From: a virus
Length of the DNA: 64,000 bases
Strand: one strand, 5' to 3'
IMG/VR virus record: IMGVR_UViG_3300042876_000418
Coordinates: 25,962-89,961 of that record
Shown: positions 47,617 through 56,210 of the stretch, piece by piece
Numbering within the stretch: position 1 is the stretch's first letter
How the letters are laid out: each line of letters starts with the position of its first letter
Program-made: the position numbers and the translations under genes
Notes under the pieces: generated by a model
Seen by the model: the letters and a program-made list of their open reading frames with translations, nothing else
Told to the model about the DNA's origin: nothing
Database searches by the model: none

Positions 47617-48918
47617 TTAGACTCCTTGTTTCATGGCAAAATCATTGATAAACGTCGCGATGGGATCCGAGTGAGGACCCTGGGCGAGCGGGTTGTCTTC
47701 CTTGATTACGGTACCCTCATCTTCCGATGCGCGGTACCCTTTCGCGGCCTTCGGCATATCGCCGGTAATCGCCTTCAACTTCTGGCGGGTGTCAATCGTA
47801 GCTTTGGTGAGAGTGGCGGCGGCCTCTTCCAGGTGGGCGATCTGCGCCTGAGTCGCGGCCTCTTTGGTCGTGGTGGTCTCGTTGAGTTGTTCCTTCAGTT
47901 CCTTGATACTCGTGACCAGTTGTTGCTGAGTTTCAAAAAACGGTTGGAACGCGCCGGCAATCGCGCTGGCTAACATCCCCGCAAATTGGGAGGTGGGCAT
48001 GTCACCCAAAAACTCGGGCAGGCGCATCTCTTTGGATTCGCTGGCGGGTTCGGCGTCTTCCTCTTCCAGTTCGGCAAGCAGGGCGTCAAGTTCATCGGTG
48101 TCGGAATCGGACTCGGTTTCATCCGCTTCCTTTTTGACGACTGCCTTGCCCTTAGCGAGCTTACCTTTGACCGGCGTTTCGACTTCCACTTCGGCGGCTT
48201 CTTCCTCGGGGGTTTCGTCACCGTCGATTTGCAGGGCGTCCGCTACCTCGGGGGGCATCTTGCCCTTGCCCTCGTTTTTCTTTTGCAGGGCCGCTAAAAC
48301 TTCCGGGGGCATCTTGCCTTTGGTAGTTTCGTCCTCGGCGTCAGTTTCCTTGAAAGCTGTACCCGCTTCCACTGCGCCCTTTTCGCGGCTGGCGGCCTCG
48401 GTCAGTACCTTGTCAGCGAGGTCATCACCAACCAGATCGCGCAACACGCCTTCTTTTTCTTTTTGCGTTGCCATATCGTCAACTCCTTTGACTAAAAATG
48501 CGGTCAATCCGTTGGAGGCTCTGCCAGACGGCAGTAATGACCGTTCAAACCTTCTTATGTGATGAAACACGCCCGCAACCGGTTCGGTGGGGGGGTGCTT
48601 GAATCCAATAGATACTTGATGATCCGCGCCCGATTCCTTGATGGCCTGGCCGATCCGCTCATCCCGGAAGGTGCCTGATTCGATCAGCATCCGCCCGTAC
48701 AGCATATTGAAGTCACAGTCGCCAATATCCGCGCCTGGCAGGTGCCACCAGCGGAGCGGGCCGTAATCGCCTTCTTTATCCGCCCGGTCTACATCCTCTT
48801 CTAGCGCTTTCGTGCTTACGATCTCACGATCTGAGTCCTGAAACGCATTCGAGGACAGGGATACCCAACGGTAGCGCCCGGTCTTATCTTTGAAAACGGA
48901 TAAGCCAATATCAGGCAT
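47617..48918 (-). CDS. prohead protease/scaffold fusion
   Basis: N-terminal DSDREIVS..WWH..SIGF..ERSLLP..ASN (HK97-like protease); acidic and coiled-coil C-terminus. Confidence 0.75.
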   Translation of the reverse strand: MPDIGLSVFKDKTGRYRWVSLSSNAFQDSDREIVSTKALEEDVDRADKEGDYGPLRWWHLPGADIGDCDFNMLYGRMLIESGTFRDERIGQAIKESGADHQVSIGFKHPPTEPVAGVFHHIRRFERSLLPSGRASNGLTAFLVKGVDDMATQKEKEGVLRDLVGDDLADKVLTEAASREKGAVEAGTAFKETDAEDETTKGKMPPEVLAALQKKNEGKGKMPPEVADALQIDGDETPEEEAAEVEVETPVKGKLAKGKAVVKKEADETESDSDTDELDALLAELEEEDAEPASESKEMRLPEFLGDMPTSQFAGMLASAIAGAFQPFFETQQQLVTSIKELKEQLNETTTTKEAATQAQIAHLEEAAATLTKATIDTRQKLKAITGDMPKAAKGYRASEDEGTVIKEDNPLAQGPHSDPIATFINDFAMKQGV

Positions 48919-49390
48919 GAGTCGCGGCCTCTTTGAACGCGGCGGCGAAAAGTTCGCCCCATTCTTTGCGGGATTGCTTCTTTTTACCGATCCGCGCTTT
49001 CACCAACTTGCCGCCCAATCCGGGGGTGCTGAACAATCCACTAGGGCCGTGAGCGGGGATACCGGTGGGGGCGGCGCTAACTTCTTTCGCTTTGGGGGCC
49101 GGGGCCTCTGTTTCTTCGGCGTCTTCGATCTCACCTTCACCTGCGCTTTCCAATTCATCTTTGAGAAATGACGCGAATCGCTGGAGAACATCAGCCGGGG
49201 CCGTGATCTGGAAGGTGACGGTTTCCATATCCGCCGCCTCTTTTGCTTTGGCGTCCGGGGCGAATGCGTACAATGCCCGCAATTGGCCCAATGCCCGCTT
49301 CTTTGCGAGTGGCTTTTTGCTCTTGCGTTCACCGGTGTCCGAGTTGACGACAAACCAGCCGCCCTCAGCCTCTTCCAACTTATACGGCAT
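48911..49390 (-). CDS. head-region protein carrying a copy of the capsid N-terminal motif
   Basis: MPYKL..QLRALYA; HGPSGLFSTPGL versus capsid HGPAGLFSSPGL. Confidence 0.65.
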   Translation of the reverse strand: MPYKLEEAEGGWFVVNSDTGERKSKKPLAKKRALGQLRALYAFAPDAKAKEAADMETVTFQITAPADVLQRFASFLKDELESAGEGEIEDAEETEAPAPKAKEVSAAPTGIPAHGPSGLFSTPGLGGKLVKARIGKKKQSRKEWGELFAAAFKEAATHA

Positions 49391-49691
49391 TCGGCACCAC
49401 CTTTTCAATCCAAGCCATTTCAACGGGAATGGGGCCGGAGTCAATCTTCACTTCATCCCATTCCCAATGGTAGTTCACTTTGAAATGTTCGCCGTCTTTA
49501 CATGCGATGGCATAGGTGGGGTAAATCTCTCGGACCCAATAGGCGTTCATCTGGTCGGGGCCGGCTGGAATCGAGAAGTAATTGACGGGGGTGGGATTGA
49601 GACTGTCAGTTACAGCCTTGCGAATGCGCCCGGCCTTATCGTCAAGCGACATTTCTTTGGTAGTGAAGATCCAATCTAATTGTGGTTTCAT
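49380..49691 (-). CDS. hypothetical head-region protein
   Basis: 103 aa, coupled to the ferritin gene. Confidence 0.65.
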   Translation of the reverse strand: MKPQLDWIFTTKEMSLDDKAGRIRKAVTDSLNPTPVNYFSIPAGPDQMNAYWVREIYPTYAIACKDGEHFKVNYHWEWDEVKIDSGPIPVEMAWIEKVVPNAV

Positions 49692-50209
49692 GATCCCAGT
49701 TCCTTATCAAGCATCAGGATGGCCGCGCCGTTACCCTCAGCCAGACTGAATTTAGTGATAATTTCCTCAAGCGTGCGCTCTTCTTCCACCTGCTCAGGCA
49801 GGTAGAAGTCCAGGAATTCGCGGGTACGCTGGTCGCCCAGACGGGCCGCAAGCGCGGATAGCTCTTCAATCCTCACCGTGACCTTGTGCTCGTGATCGAG
49901 TGCCGCCTGAAAGGACACGCGACCCGCGGTCATGGGATTGAGATCCGCAATCTCATCCGGGCGGGACAGAGCGTCCACAATCAGTTCGGCGTTGCGGTCA
50001 ATGATGTACTCACGGAATCGCTTAGCGTGGCTTTCCTCTTCTCCGGCGCGTTTGTACAGGTAGCCGGCCATGCCCACCATATTGAGCATATCGAGGTGGG
50101 CCGCTAAGGACAGATAAACGGCGCTCGAATAGCGCTCGAAGTTGAACTGGTTATTCAGCGCCACCTGTAAGGTAGCGTCAAGCGCGGTAGAAGGAACAGA
50201 TTCGGGCAT
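49688..50209 (-). CDS. ftnA: non-heme ferritin
   Basis: LNNQFNFERYSS..YL..EEESHA..HEHKVT..EQVEEE ferroxidase pattern. Confidence 0.88.
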   Translation of the reverse strand: MPESVPSTALDATLQVALNNQFNFERYSSAVYLSLAAHLDMLNMVGMAGYLYKRAGEEESHAKRFREYIIDRNAELIVDALSRPDEIADLNPMTAGRVSFQAALDHEHKVTVRIEELSALAARLGDQRTREFLDFYLPEQVEEERTLEEIITKFSLAEGNGAAILMLDKELGS

Positions 50210-50304
50210 GGCATCTCCTGATAACAAAAAAGGCAACCTCTCCAATCGGAGCGGTTGCCAATATCCGCGGGTGAGATAATCACCGGCCTAAGTACATTAT
50301 AGCA
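50210..50304 (-). promoter_or_regulatory. late promoter plus conserved leader/attenuator (copy C)
   Basis: TGCTATAAT..TAGGCCGGTGA-TTATC-TCACC-CGCGGA-TA-TTGGCAACC..GGTTGCC-TTTTTT. Confidence 0.75.
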
Positions 50305-50320
50305 TAATAGTCAAATACCG

Positions 50321-50581
50321 TTATCTCAGCCCAACCGGCCTCCACTTTACGGTGTTACCACACTTACCACAGATCAGCGTAACCATGAGGGGGAATATCA
50401 GCCAGTTAGCCGAGTCGTTGCGTACATTCAATCGTACCCCGTCAGTTTGCCCTATAACCGAATGGCACTTACGGCAATGAAAATCTTTGCACTTGTCCAG
50501 GCTTACGGGGACCTCGATTTGATCTTCTGTGCCTGGGTATTGATCGAACGTTGGAGAAGTTGAGGGAATCGTTTGGTCCAT
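50321..50581 (-). CDS. Com-like Zn-ribbon protein
   Basis: DFHCRKCHSVIG..TLICGKCGNTV, spacing like Mu Com. Confidence 0.55.
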   Translation of the reverse strand: MDQTIPSTSPTFDQYPGTEDQIEVPVSLDKCKDFHCRKCHSVIGQTDGVRLNVRNDSANWLIFPLMVTLICGKCGNTVKWRPVGLR

Positions 50582-50976
50582 TTATCACCTATGACTTGAT
50601 CGAAATTACGGGCCTTTATACCCGGTCTTGGATGCTTTTTACTGATAAAAACTACGCCGCCCTTACCCTGGACACTGCCAATGTGGCCGGGGGTGGTCTT
50701 TGCTGAGAAATCCCCACTCATGGTTGCATAGCGTATAGCTGTACCATGAGACACGAAACGGTAAATATCCGAATCGGTCCCGATCCACCGTTCGGCGTCA
50801 CCCTTATTGATAATCTTGAATAGGGGCTTGCCCTTCCATGTCTGAGTCGTAACCTGGAAATCAATGCGGATATCCTCAGCCGTCATATCCATAGCCCGTT
50901 CCACGGCTTCATCCCATTCAGGTTTATTGAATAGGATGAAAGAGGGAATCGTGAGGGTGTAGGCGTGGGGGGGCAT
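50503..50976 (-). CDS. HK97 gp10-like neck/tail-completion protein
   Basis: YRFVSHGT..HPRPGIKARNF. Confidence 0.6.
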   Translation of the reverse strand: MPPHAYTLTIPSFILFNKPEWDEAVERAMDMTAEDIRIDFQVTTQTWKGKPLFKIINKGDAERWIGTDSDIYRFVSHGTAIRYATMSGDFSAKTTPGHIGSVQGKGGVVFISKKHPRPGIKARNFDQVIGDKWTKRFPQLLQRSINTQAQKIKSRSP

Positions 50977-50986
50977 GGTTATGCAG

Positions 50987-51001
50987 TGTCCATTTATGAC
51001 A
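50987..51001 (+). promoter_or_regulatory. putative operator (copy 4)
   Basis: TGTCCATTTATGACA in a ~30-bp intergenic gap. Confidence 0.5.
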
Positions 51002-51007
51002 GTGTGA

Positions 51008-51247
51008 TTAGTATACCCGCCCCTCAACCGCGGGTTCTTCCGGCATGAGGTGGACAACCTTACCCTCCACCCGCACCGCCGCTTGGGTGGCCTCTTCGTT
51101 GAGCGGATAGGGGGCGTAGCCCGTAAACGGATTGAGCAGTCGATCAAGCTCCATAAGCTGCTGGACAAGATCGTTATCAGACTTCCACCCGTCCGGGGTG
51201 AGGGTGACGGGCACCTTGTGAACTTCGATTACAGGGTAATTATCCAT
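51008..51247 (-). CDS. small acidic protein, candidate immunity/inhibitor
   Basis: Directly after the peptidase genes; own TATAAT 6 nt before the ATG. Confidence 0.55.
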   Translation of the reverse strand: MDNYPVIEVHKVPVTLTPDGWKSDNDLVQQLMELDRLLNPFTGYAPYPLNEEATQAAVRVEGKVVHLMPEEPAVEGRVY

Positions 51248-51276
51248 AGGATTATTATACTCCATCTTAGAATAGC

Positions 51277-52797
51277 CTAAACCCGCCCGATATGAAGCAG
51301 GGCATACATAAAATCGAAGTATTCAGGGTCTTTGGTGGCAAGCTCCCACCGTCCGGCGCTCGTGGCGAATTGGCCCATGCCCATAGAGACGATCTCGGTA
51401 GAGCCGTGATCGTAGATTTTACCCATATAGGCGTTGATAAACTTATCCTGTTTTGCGTACTCACTGGATCCATAAGCGCGATTGCCGGTAATTTGTTTAA
51501 GTGGGCGTTGCGATTCGCCTCCCGTTCTACTTGACAAAAACGCCTTAGCTGATTGGCGCACTAACGGATCCCTGTCCTCTAAGATGTGGCCTAGCTCGTG
51601 AGCCACGACTCCGGCAGAATCATGCTTAGAAATATTGATTTGCGTTCCATCGGCGTTTGCGCTCGCCCGCCCTGTAATCGCTTTCACAATAACCGACGTG
51701 CGCTCCATAAGGGGATTGCTACCAGCCACTTTGTTGAACACGGTAAATCCATCAGCTACGCTTGAATTTATATTTGATGGCGATTCAGGATGGGCATTGC
51801 CTGGGCTGCCGTGATCAAGGAAAGAATCTCCGCCTTTCATGATGTTATCAATCGCATAAGTGCGATCTGTTAATTCAGATAATTTGGTATGCATCTCCAT
51901 GTATTCATCATACTCTTTATCACTAAGCCCTGCGATTCCCCTGTCAATATATTTCTGTACAATCGGAATAAGGGCTTTCGCCTCTCTTTGGTTTTCTTCA
52001 CGAAATTTTCCGATAGCGCCGGTCGCTTTTTGCGGCATTGCCCTATCTCTGGCTTTCGCCGCTGCATCCATTGCGATCTCAAGCGCCCGCCGCCCATCTG
52101 TTTCAGAAATTATCTTATACTCCACCTCAGCCTTTATGGCGTCAAGATCCGCCGCTTTGGCGTCATCAGTTTTCGGGGTATTGGCGTCAAGTTTGATGTG
52201 CGCCAGTTTGCTTTTTAGATTCCGCTTGTAATCTTCGTACTCGAAAAACTTTTTATAATACGCATCGCTTTTCGCGTCATACTCGCTTTGCGCTTCCAAG
52301 TATTTCGGATCATCTAAGGACGCTTTTTGTTCTATGTAGATTTCGCGTTTCTTGGCTGAAGCGGTGTCCTTCTCTGCTTTCCTTTGCGCCAGTTCTTTTC
52401 TTAAGTCAGTCCCTTGTTTCTTTATCGCCTTGATTTGATCCTCTACACTAACCGTCCGAGTCGCGGCCTTCGCCTTTTCCGCCCTGGATTGCGTTTCTAC
52501 CACCTTAGCCCGGCCCGCCTTTACCTTCTCTTGTGCTGCCATGAATTCAGGATTTGCCCGCAATTCTGACTTGAATCGCTCCGCCGCCTGCCGCCCGCGT
52601 TTCTCGAATCCCGCCTGTAGTCGGGCGTATTTCACCTTGTCGTATGATTCGCCCGCCGCCGCGTCTGTAAATGCGCTTGACTGCGGAGCGCTGCCCCCAT
52701 GCTTGCCAGGCCGCCCGGAATGGCCGAAATTGCCGCTGCCGGGGCCACCCTTGAGGGATTGGATAAAGTATTCTGCGAACTGGTCGGTGATGGTCAT
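51277..52797 (-). CDS. head-associated protein with C-terminal zincin metallopeptidase
   Basis: N-terminal KGGPGSGNFGHSGRPGKHGGS; coiled coil; HELGH...TEIVSMG. Confidence 0.75.
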   Translation of the reverse strand: MTITDQFAEYFIQSLKGGPGSGNFGHSGRPGKHGGSAPQSSAFTDAAAGESYDKVKYARLQAGFEKRGRQAAERFKSELRANPEFMAAQEKVKAGRAKVVETQSRAEKAKAATRTVSVEDQIKAIKKQGTDLRKELAQRKAEKDTASAKKREIYIEQKASLDDPKYLEAQSEYDAKSDAYYKKFFEYEDYKRNLKSKLAHIKLDANTPKTDDAKAADLDAIKAEVEYKIISETDGRRALEIAMDAAAKARDRAMPQKATGAIGKFREENQREAKALIPIVQKYIDRGIAGLSDKEYDEYMEMHTKLSELTDRTYAIDNIMKGGDSFLDHGSPGNAHPESPSNINSSVADGFTVFNKVAGSNPLMERTSVIVKAITGRASANADGTQINISKHDSAGVVAHELGHILEDRDPLVRQSAKAFLSSRTGGESQRPLKQITGNRAYGSSEYAKQDKFINAYMGKIYDHGSTEIVSMGMGQFATSAGRWELATKDPEYFDFMYALLHIGRV

Positions 52798-55700
52798 TTG
52801 ATTCTCCCGAGGTGGAGTAAAGCATAAGTGAAGTTGAAATATTCGGGGTCGCGCTTTGACATGTAAAATCTACTCTCGGAATCCATCATATACTGGATAC
52901 CCATCGACACAATCTCGGTAGCCGCCGGGTGATCGCGATTCCCGTAAATCTTACCAACGTAAGGGGACATAAAACTATCTTTGATGGCTACTTCGTCATC
53001 TCGATATGGGTATCCGGTAAGGTCTCTTAGTTTTTCAACTGGCTGGTATTCCGTTCTCCACCTGAGAAATTCGGTAGCCAGCACGTTTATTGCGGGGTCG
53101 CGAGACTCAAGAGCATGGCCTAATTCATGGGTGACGTGCCACGGTGCCACCTGAGAATTGACAGATATGCCCGCGCCATTGAAATAAGCCCGGTCGCTAT
53201 TGTCGTAAGTAACTTTTATAGGGGATCGTTCCATGAGTGGGTTATGTCCAGCCAGGCGATTGAATGCGTCGAATCCCTCGTTGACTTTATCTTTGAAAAT
53301 CACAGCGGAGTCGACATCACTCCTGGCCTGCCCGGCCTCATTCTGAGAGAACAGCGATTCGCCCATTGCATCCCCAAGACGATTCGCCGCCTGTATACGC
53401 CCTTTTAATTCAATTTCCCGATCATGAAGTTTAGCCCATTTATCGCGCGTTTTTTCCGTATCAAGTAGCGGTCCCGTAACAAGCAACGGAAGGATACTAT
53501 CAAGTTCTGCCTGATGTTCTGCTTTGATCTTCGCAATAGCGCCGCCTACGCTTTCACTCATAACTTTTTGACGCAACTTATCAGCCGCTCGCATTGCAAT
53601 AGTCAGCGCCTTTTGCCCGTCCGTTCTGGCAATCTGTTCGTAGTCGCTTTTTGCCGTGTGAAAATCAGCAAGAGCTTGCTTAGATTCGTTTGAGATTTCG
53701 TCCTCACGGGCCATGATTGCATACGCTCTTGGAGCAGATACCGTTTTCTTGTACTCTCTGGTTTCGGCTTCAGCTTGCTTGATTTCTTCCAACTTTGCCG
53801 CGTGCTCAGTTGTTAGCTTGTCTAATTTGTTCTTGAGTCGGGTGTCATCAGGAGCGGCAAGGTGTTTGATTCGTGCCTCTACCATTTTCGCGGATAATGC
53901 ACTTTCTTCTTTTCGCTTTGTCAGTTCGTTTCTACTCAATTCGTCAACGCGGCTTACCATTGCGGCACGCTCTTTATCAAGCGCCCGCCTCTCTGCATTG
54001 AACACCTCCAACTTTGCGCCCGCCTCTACGATTCGCGCCCGCCCCTCATTGATCCGCCCCTGCGCTTGCATATACTCAGGATTGGATCGCAAGGTATCCT
54101 GAAACTTCGCCGCTAACTTTTCGCCGCGCCGCTTCAGCCCGGCCTCCAGCCGCGCATACTTGGCTTTGTCGCCCAGCGATTCGCCCTGTGGTGCAGAGCC
54201 GCCGTGTTTACCGGGCCGGCCTGAGTGCCCAAAGTTACCGCTCCCCTTGCCGCCCTTTAGCGCTTCGATCAATTCAGATTCTAGCCGCTCTTTCACCTGG
54301 TAGGAATAGTTGGGGAGGACCAATTCCCAACCGCGAATCTTGAGAGGATTCCATTCGATTCCTCTTTGGATACATTGCTGGCAATTGTGAACGACAAACC
54401 CGTTAGCGATATAGTGATGAACGTCTTCAACCTCAAAATTGTAAACGTAGACTCTTTCGTGTTTATTGGGTATAATATATCTATGATTAACACTGTCAAG
54501 ACGCAATTCATTTGTAACTTTTGCGGGAAAGAGTTCATCCCGCATTCGAGAGGGGGCAAGCATATGTACTGCTCTATCTTGTGCCGAAACTATGCGAATT
54601 CCAAGAAAAACGTAGCAAAGATTGGAAGGTGCTGCGTAAAATGCGGGCGTTATATGGTTCATCGCATTTACGATACTTGCCCAACCTGTGGAGGCCCAAG
54701 AAGAAACCCGCGCCCAACGTCTAAACCAAGAGTTATAAGAAATAAACGACATAGTCGCTGGACAGATTCCCAGATTGAGTATCTTATGTCTCACTACACT
54801 ACAGATGGATGCAAAGAGGTCGGAAAAGCTCTTGGGCTTGATCCTATAAAAGTCAGGACCAAAGCGAACAACTTGCATCTTACAATCAGCAAAGAGACGG
54901 CAAAAAGAATAGTTTATGAAACCTCCAGGGTTCGCATGACGGAATCCAACCCAATGAAAAACAAAGAATCTCTCGATAAGATGAACAAGTTTTGGGAAGA
55001 TCATCCCGAGAAAGATAGGCAGAGATTTGAGAGTTTCCGCGCATCGTCTTGCGAATACCAAAAGACTCATCCAAGCAAACTTGAAATAAAGTTCATGACG
55101 ATTCTTGACCAAATTGGAATCAGGTACGAGTCCTATTTTATGATCAAGGCTAAATTTATTGTCGATGTAAAAATCGAAAATTTTATTATTCAGGTTGACG
55201 GCGGATACTGGCATGGTCACCCGCGATTCAATCCACTTACCGAAAGGCAAGCGAAACAGCAAGCCAGGGATCGCGCCCAGGACGCCTATCTTACCGCCTG
55301 TGGATACACCGTCATTCGTATTTGGGATGAAGACGTTACTAAAGATAAAGTTATCGCTACTCTCAAGCAATACGGATTGATCTGAAGGCTTTAATTCGTC
55401 TGCTCTAATCCATCCTCTTTGGGTCAAAAAGGGGTGATTGGGAGTACAGGAAACAGACTTGTTACCAGATTTTACGGTAACAAGTTTTCCTTTATACTCT
55501 CTCTTGAATACCGTGATAACTTTTTTGGGACCGTTCATAGTGGTCACGATATCGCCAGTCCGAATTAATTCTATCGGCTTTTTACCGGACGGAGTCTCAA
55601 TCGTTGTCCCTTTCGGGAAACAATGCTCTACTTTTGGAGATGGATCTAGCACCCAATAGCAGTCGTAATCCCCGTCCGCTCCCTCTGGCTTTGCCATGTC

Positions 55701-56210
55701 TGCCCCCTGGACAGGAACGATCCTCCAGGAACAGCGGTCGTTTTGCCCACAGGAGCTTGAGAGGTCTCCAGGAATTGCCGGTAGTGGCAAACTTCCAATT
55801 GTACCCGCCCAATACGGCTCCACAATTGCGCCGGTGTACATCTCTGCCCGATTCTTCCACGCCTTCCAGGGTGCCCCCTCGTAATCAAACCACGTCTTTG
55901 GGGTGTACCCTGCCGCCGTGGCGTTGGCCACTTCGATATTGATCGTGTCCTTGAACCCAGCCAGGAAGTCAAGTTGCTTGCGTAGTTGATCCGCCGCCCG
56001 CTTGAATTCAGTCTCAGCCAAGGTACCCTTACCCGATCCGAGCATATAGGCCGCCGCGATGTGCCGGGATAGAGACAGTCTCATCGCCGTGTGCCACTGG
56101 TCAAGGGTGATGTTCCCATATTGGAACGCATCGAATAACTTGACGATATCCGCCTGGAATCCGTCGAACAACGGAATCAGGTCAGCGGGCAGGCCGGCGC
56201 TACTGGTCAT
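52794..56210 (-). CDS. MuF-like minor head protein with intein and C-terminal zincin domain
   Basis: Follows the portal; spliced EHCQQC; KGGKGSGNFGHSGRPG; HELGH...TEIVSMG. Confidence 0.75.
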   Translation of the reverse strand: MTSSAGLPADLIPLFDGFQADIVKLFDAFQYGNITLDQWHTAMRLSLSRHIAAAYMLGSGKGTLAETEFKRAADQLRKQLDFLAGFKDTINIEVANATAAGYTPKTWFDYEGAPWKAWKNRAEMYTGAIVEPYWAGTIGSLPLPAIPGDLSSSCGQNDRCSWRIVPVQGADMAKPEGADGDYDCYWVLDPSPKVEHCFPKGTTIETPSGKKPIELIRTGDIVTTMNGPKKVITVFKREYKGKLVTVKSGNKSVSCTPNHPFLTQRGWIRADELKPSDQSVLLESSDNFIFSNVFIPNTNDGVSTGGKIGVLGAIPGLLFRLPFGKWIESRVTMPVSAVNLNNKIFDFYIDNKFSLDHKIGLVPDSNLVKNRHELYFKFAWMSLLVFARRCAETLKSLPIFLGMIFPKLVHLIERFFVFHWVGFRHANPGGFINYSFCRLFADCKMQVVRFGPDFYRIKPKSFSDLFASICSVVRHKILNLGICPATMSFISYNSWFRRWARVSSWASTGWASIVNAMNHITPAFYAAPSNLCYVFLGIRIVSAQDRAVHMLAPSRMRDELFPAKVTNELRLDSVNHRYIIPNKHERVYVYNFEVEDVHHYIANGFVVHNCQQCIQRGIEWNPLKIRGWELVLPNYSYQVKERLESELIEALKGGKGSGNFGHSGRPGKHGGSAPQGESLGDKAKYARLEAGLKRRGEKLAAKFQDTLRSNPEYMQAQGRINEGRARIVEAGAKLEVFNAERRALDKERAAMVSRVDELSRNELTKRKEESALSAKMVEARIKHLAAPDDTRLKNKLDKLTTEHAAKLEEIKQAEAETREYKKTVSAPRAYAIMAREDEISNESKQALADFHTAKSDYEQIARTDGQKALTIAMRAADKLRQKVMSESVGGAIAKIKAEHQAELDSILPLLVTGPLLDTEKTRDKWAKLHDREIELKGRIQAANRLGDAMGESLFSQNEAGQARSDVDSAVIFKDKVNEGFDAFNRLAGHNPLMERSPIKVTYDNSDRAYFNGAGISVNSQVAPWHVTHELGHALESRDPAINVLATEFLRWRTEYQPVEKLRDLTGYPYRDDEVAIKDSFMSPYVGKIYGNRDHPAATEIVSMGIQYMMDSESRFYMSKRDPEYFNFTYALLHLGRIK
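54448..54476 (+). promoter_or_regulatory. internal promoter for the nested endonuclease
   Basis: TAGACT-N17-TATAAT, 6 nt before ATG 54483. Confidence 0.7.
54483..55385 (+). CDS. DUF559/Vsr-like (EDxHD-type) endonuclease nested antisense in the intein
   Basis: Zn fingers CNFC..CSILC, CVKC..CPTC; HTH-like WTDSQIEYL; PSKLE..VD..IQVDGGYWH..D..GYTVIRIW. Confidence 0.88.
   Translation: MINTVKTQFICNFCGKEFIPHSRGGKHMYCSILCRNYANSKKNVAKIGRCCVKCGRYMVHRIYDTCPTCGGPRRNPRPTSKPRVIRNKRHSRWTDSQIEYLMSHYTTDGCKEVGKALGLDPIKVRTKANNLHLTISKETAKRIVYETSRVRMTESNPMKNKESLDKMNKFWEDHPEKDRQRFESFRASSCEYQKTHPSKLEIKFMTILDQIGIRYESYFMIKAKFIVDVKIENFIIQVDGGYWHGHPRFNPLTERQAKQQARDRAQDAYLTACGYTVIRIWDEDVTKDKVIATLKQYGLI

Larger units (their letters stand above)
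54384..55622 (-). mobile_element. intein (413 aa) whose insert is the antisense of an endonuclease gene
   Basis: CFPKGT (block A), CTPNHPF (block B), VYNFEVEDVHHYIANGFVVHN/C (blocks F, G). Confidence 0.9.

Noticed and set aside
48240-48325. KGKMPPEV tandem duplication in the scaffold
   Set aside because: A short internal repeat in a low-complexity linker; no evidence of a separate function
54366-54482. Longer TTG start for the nested endonuclease
   Set aside because: The extension is just the antisense of intein blocks F/G; the promoter position favours ATG 54483
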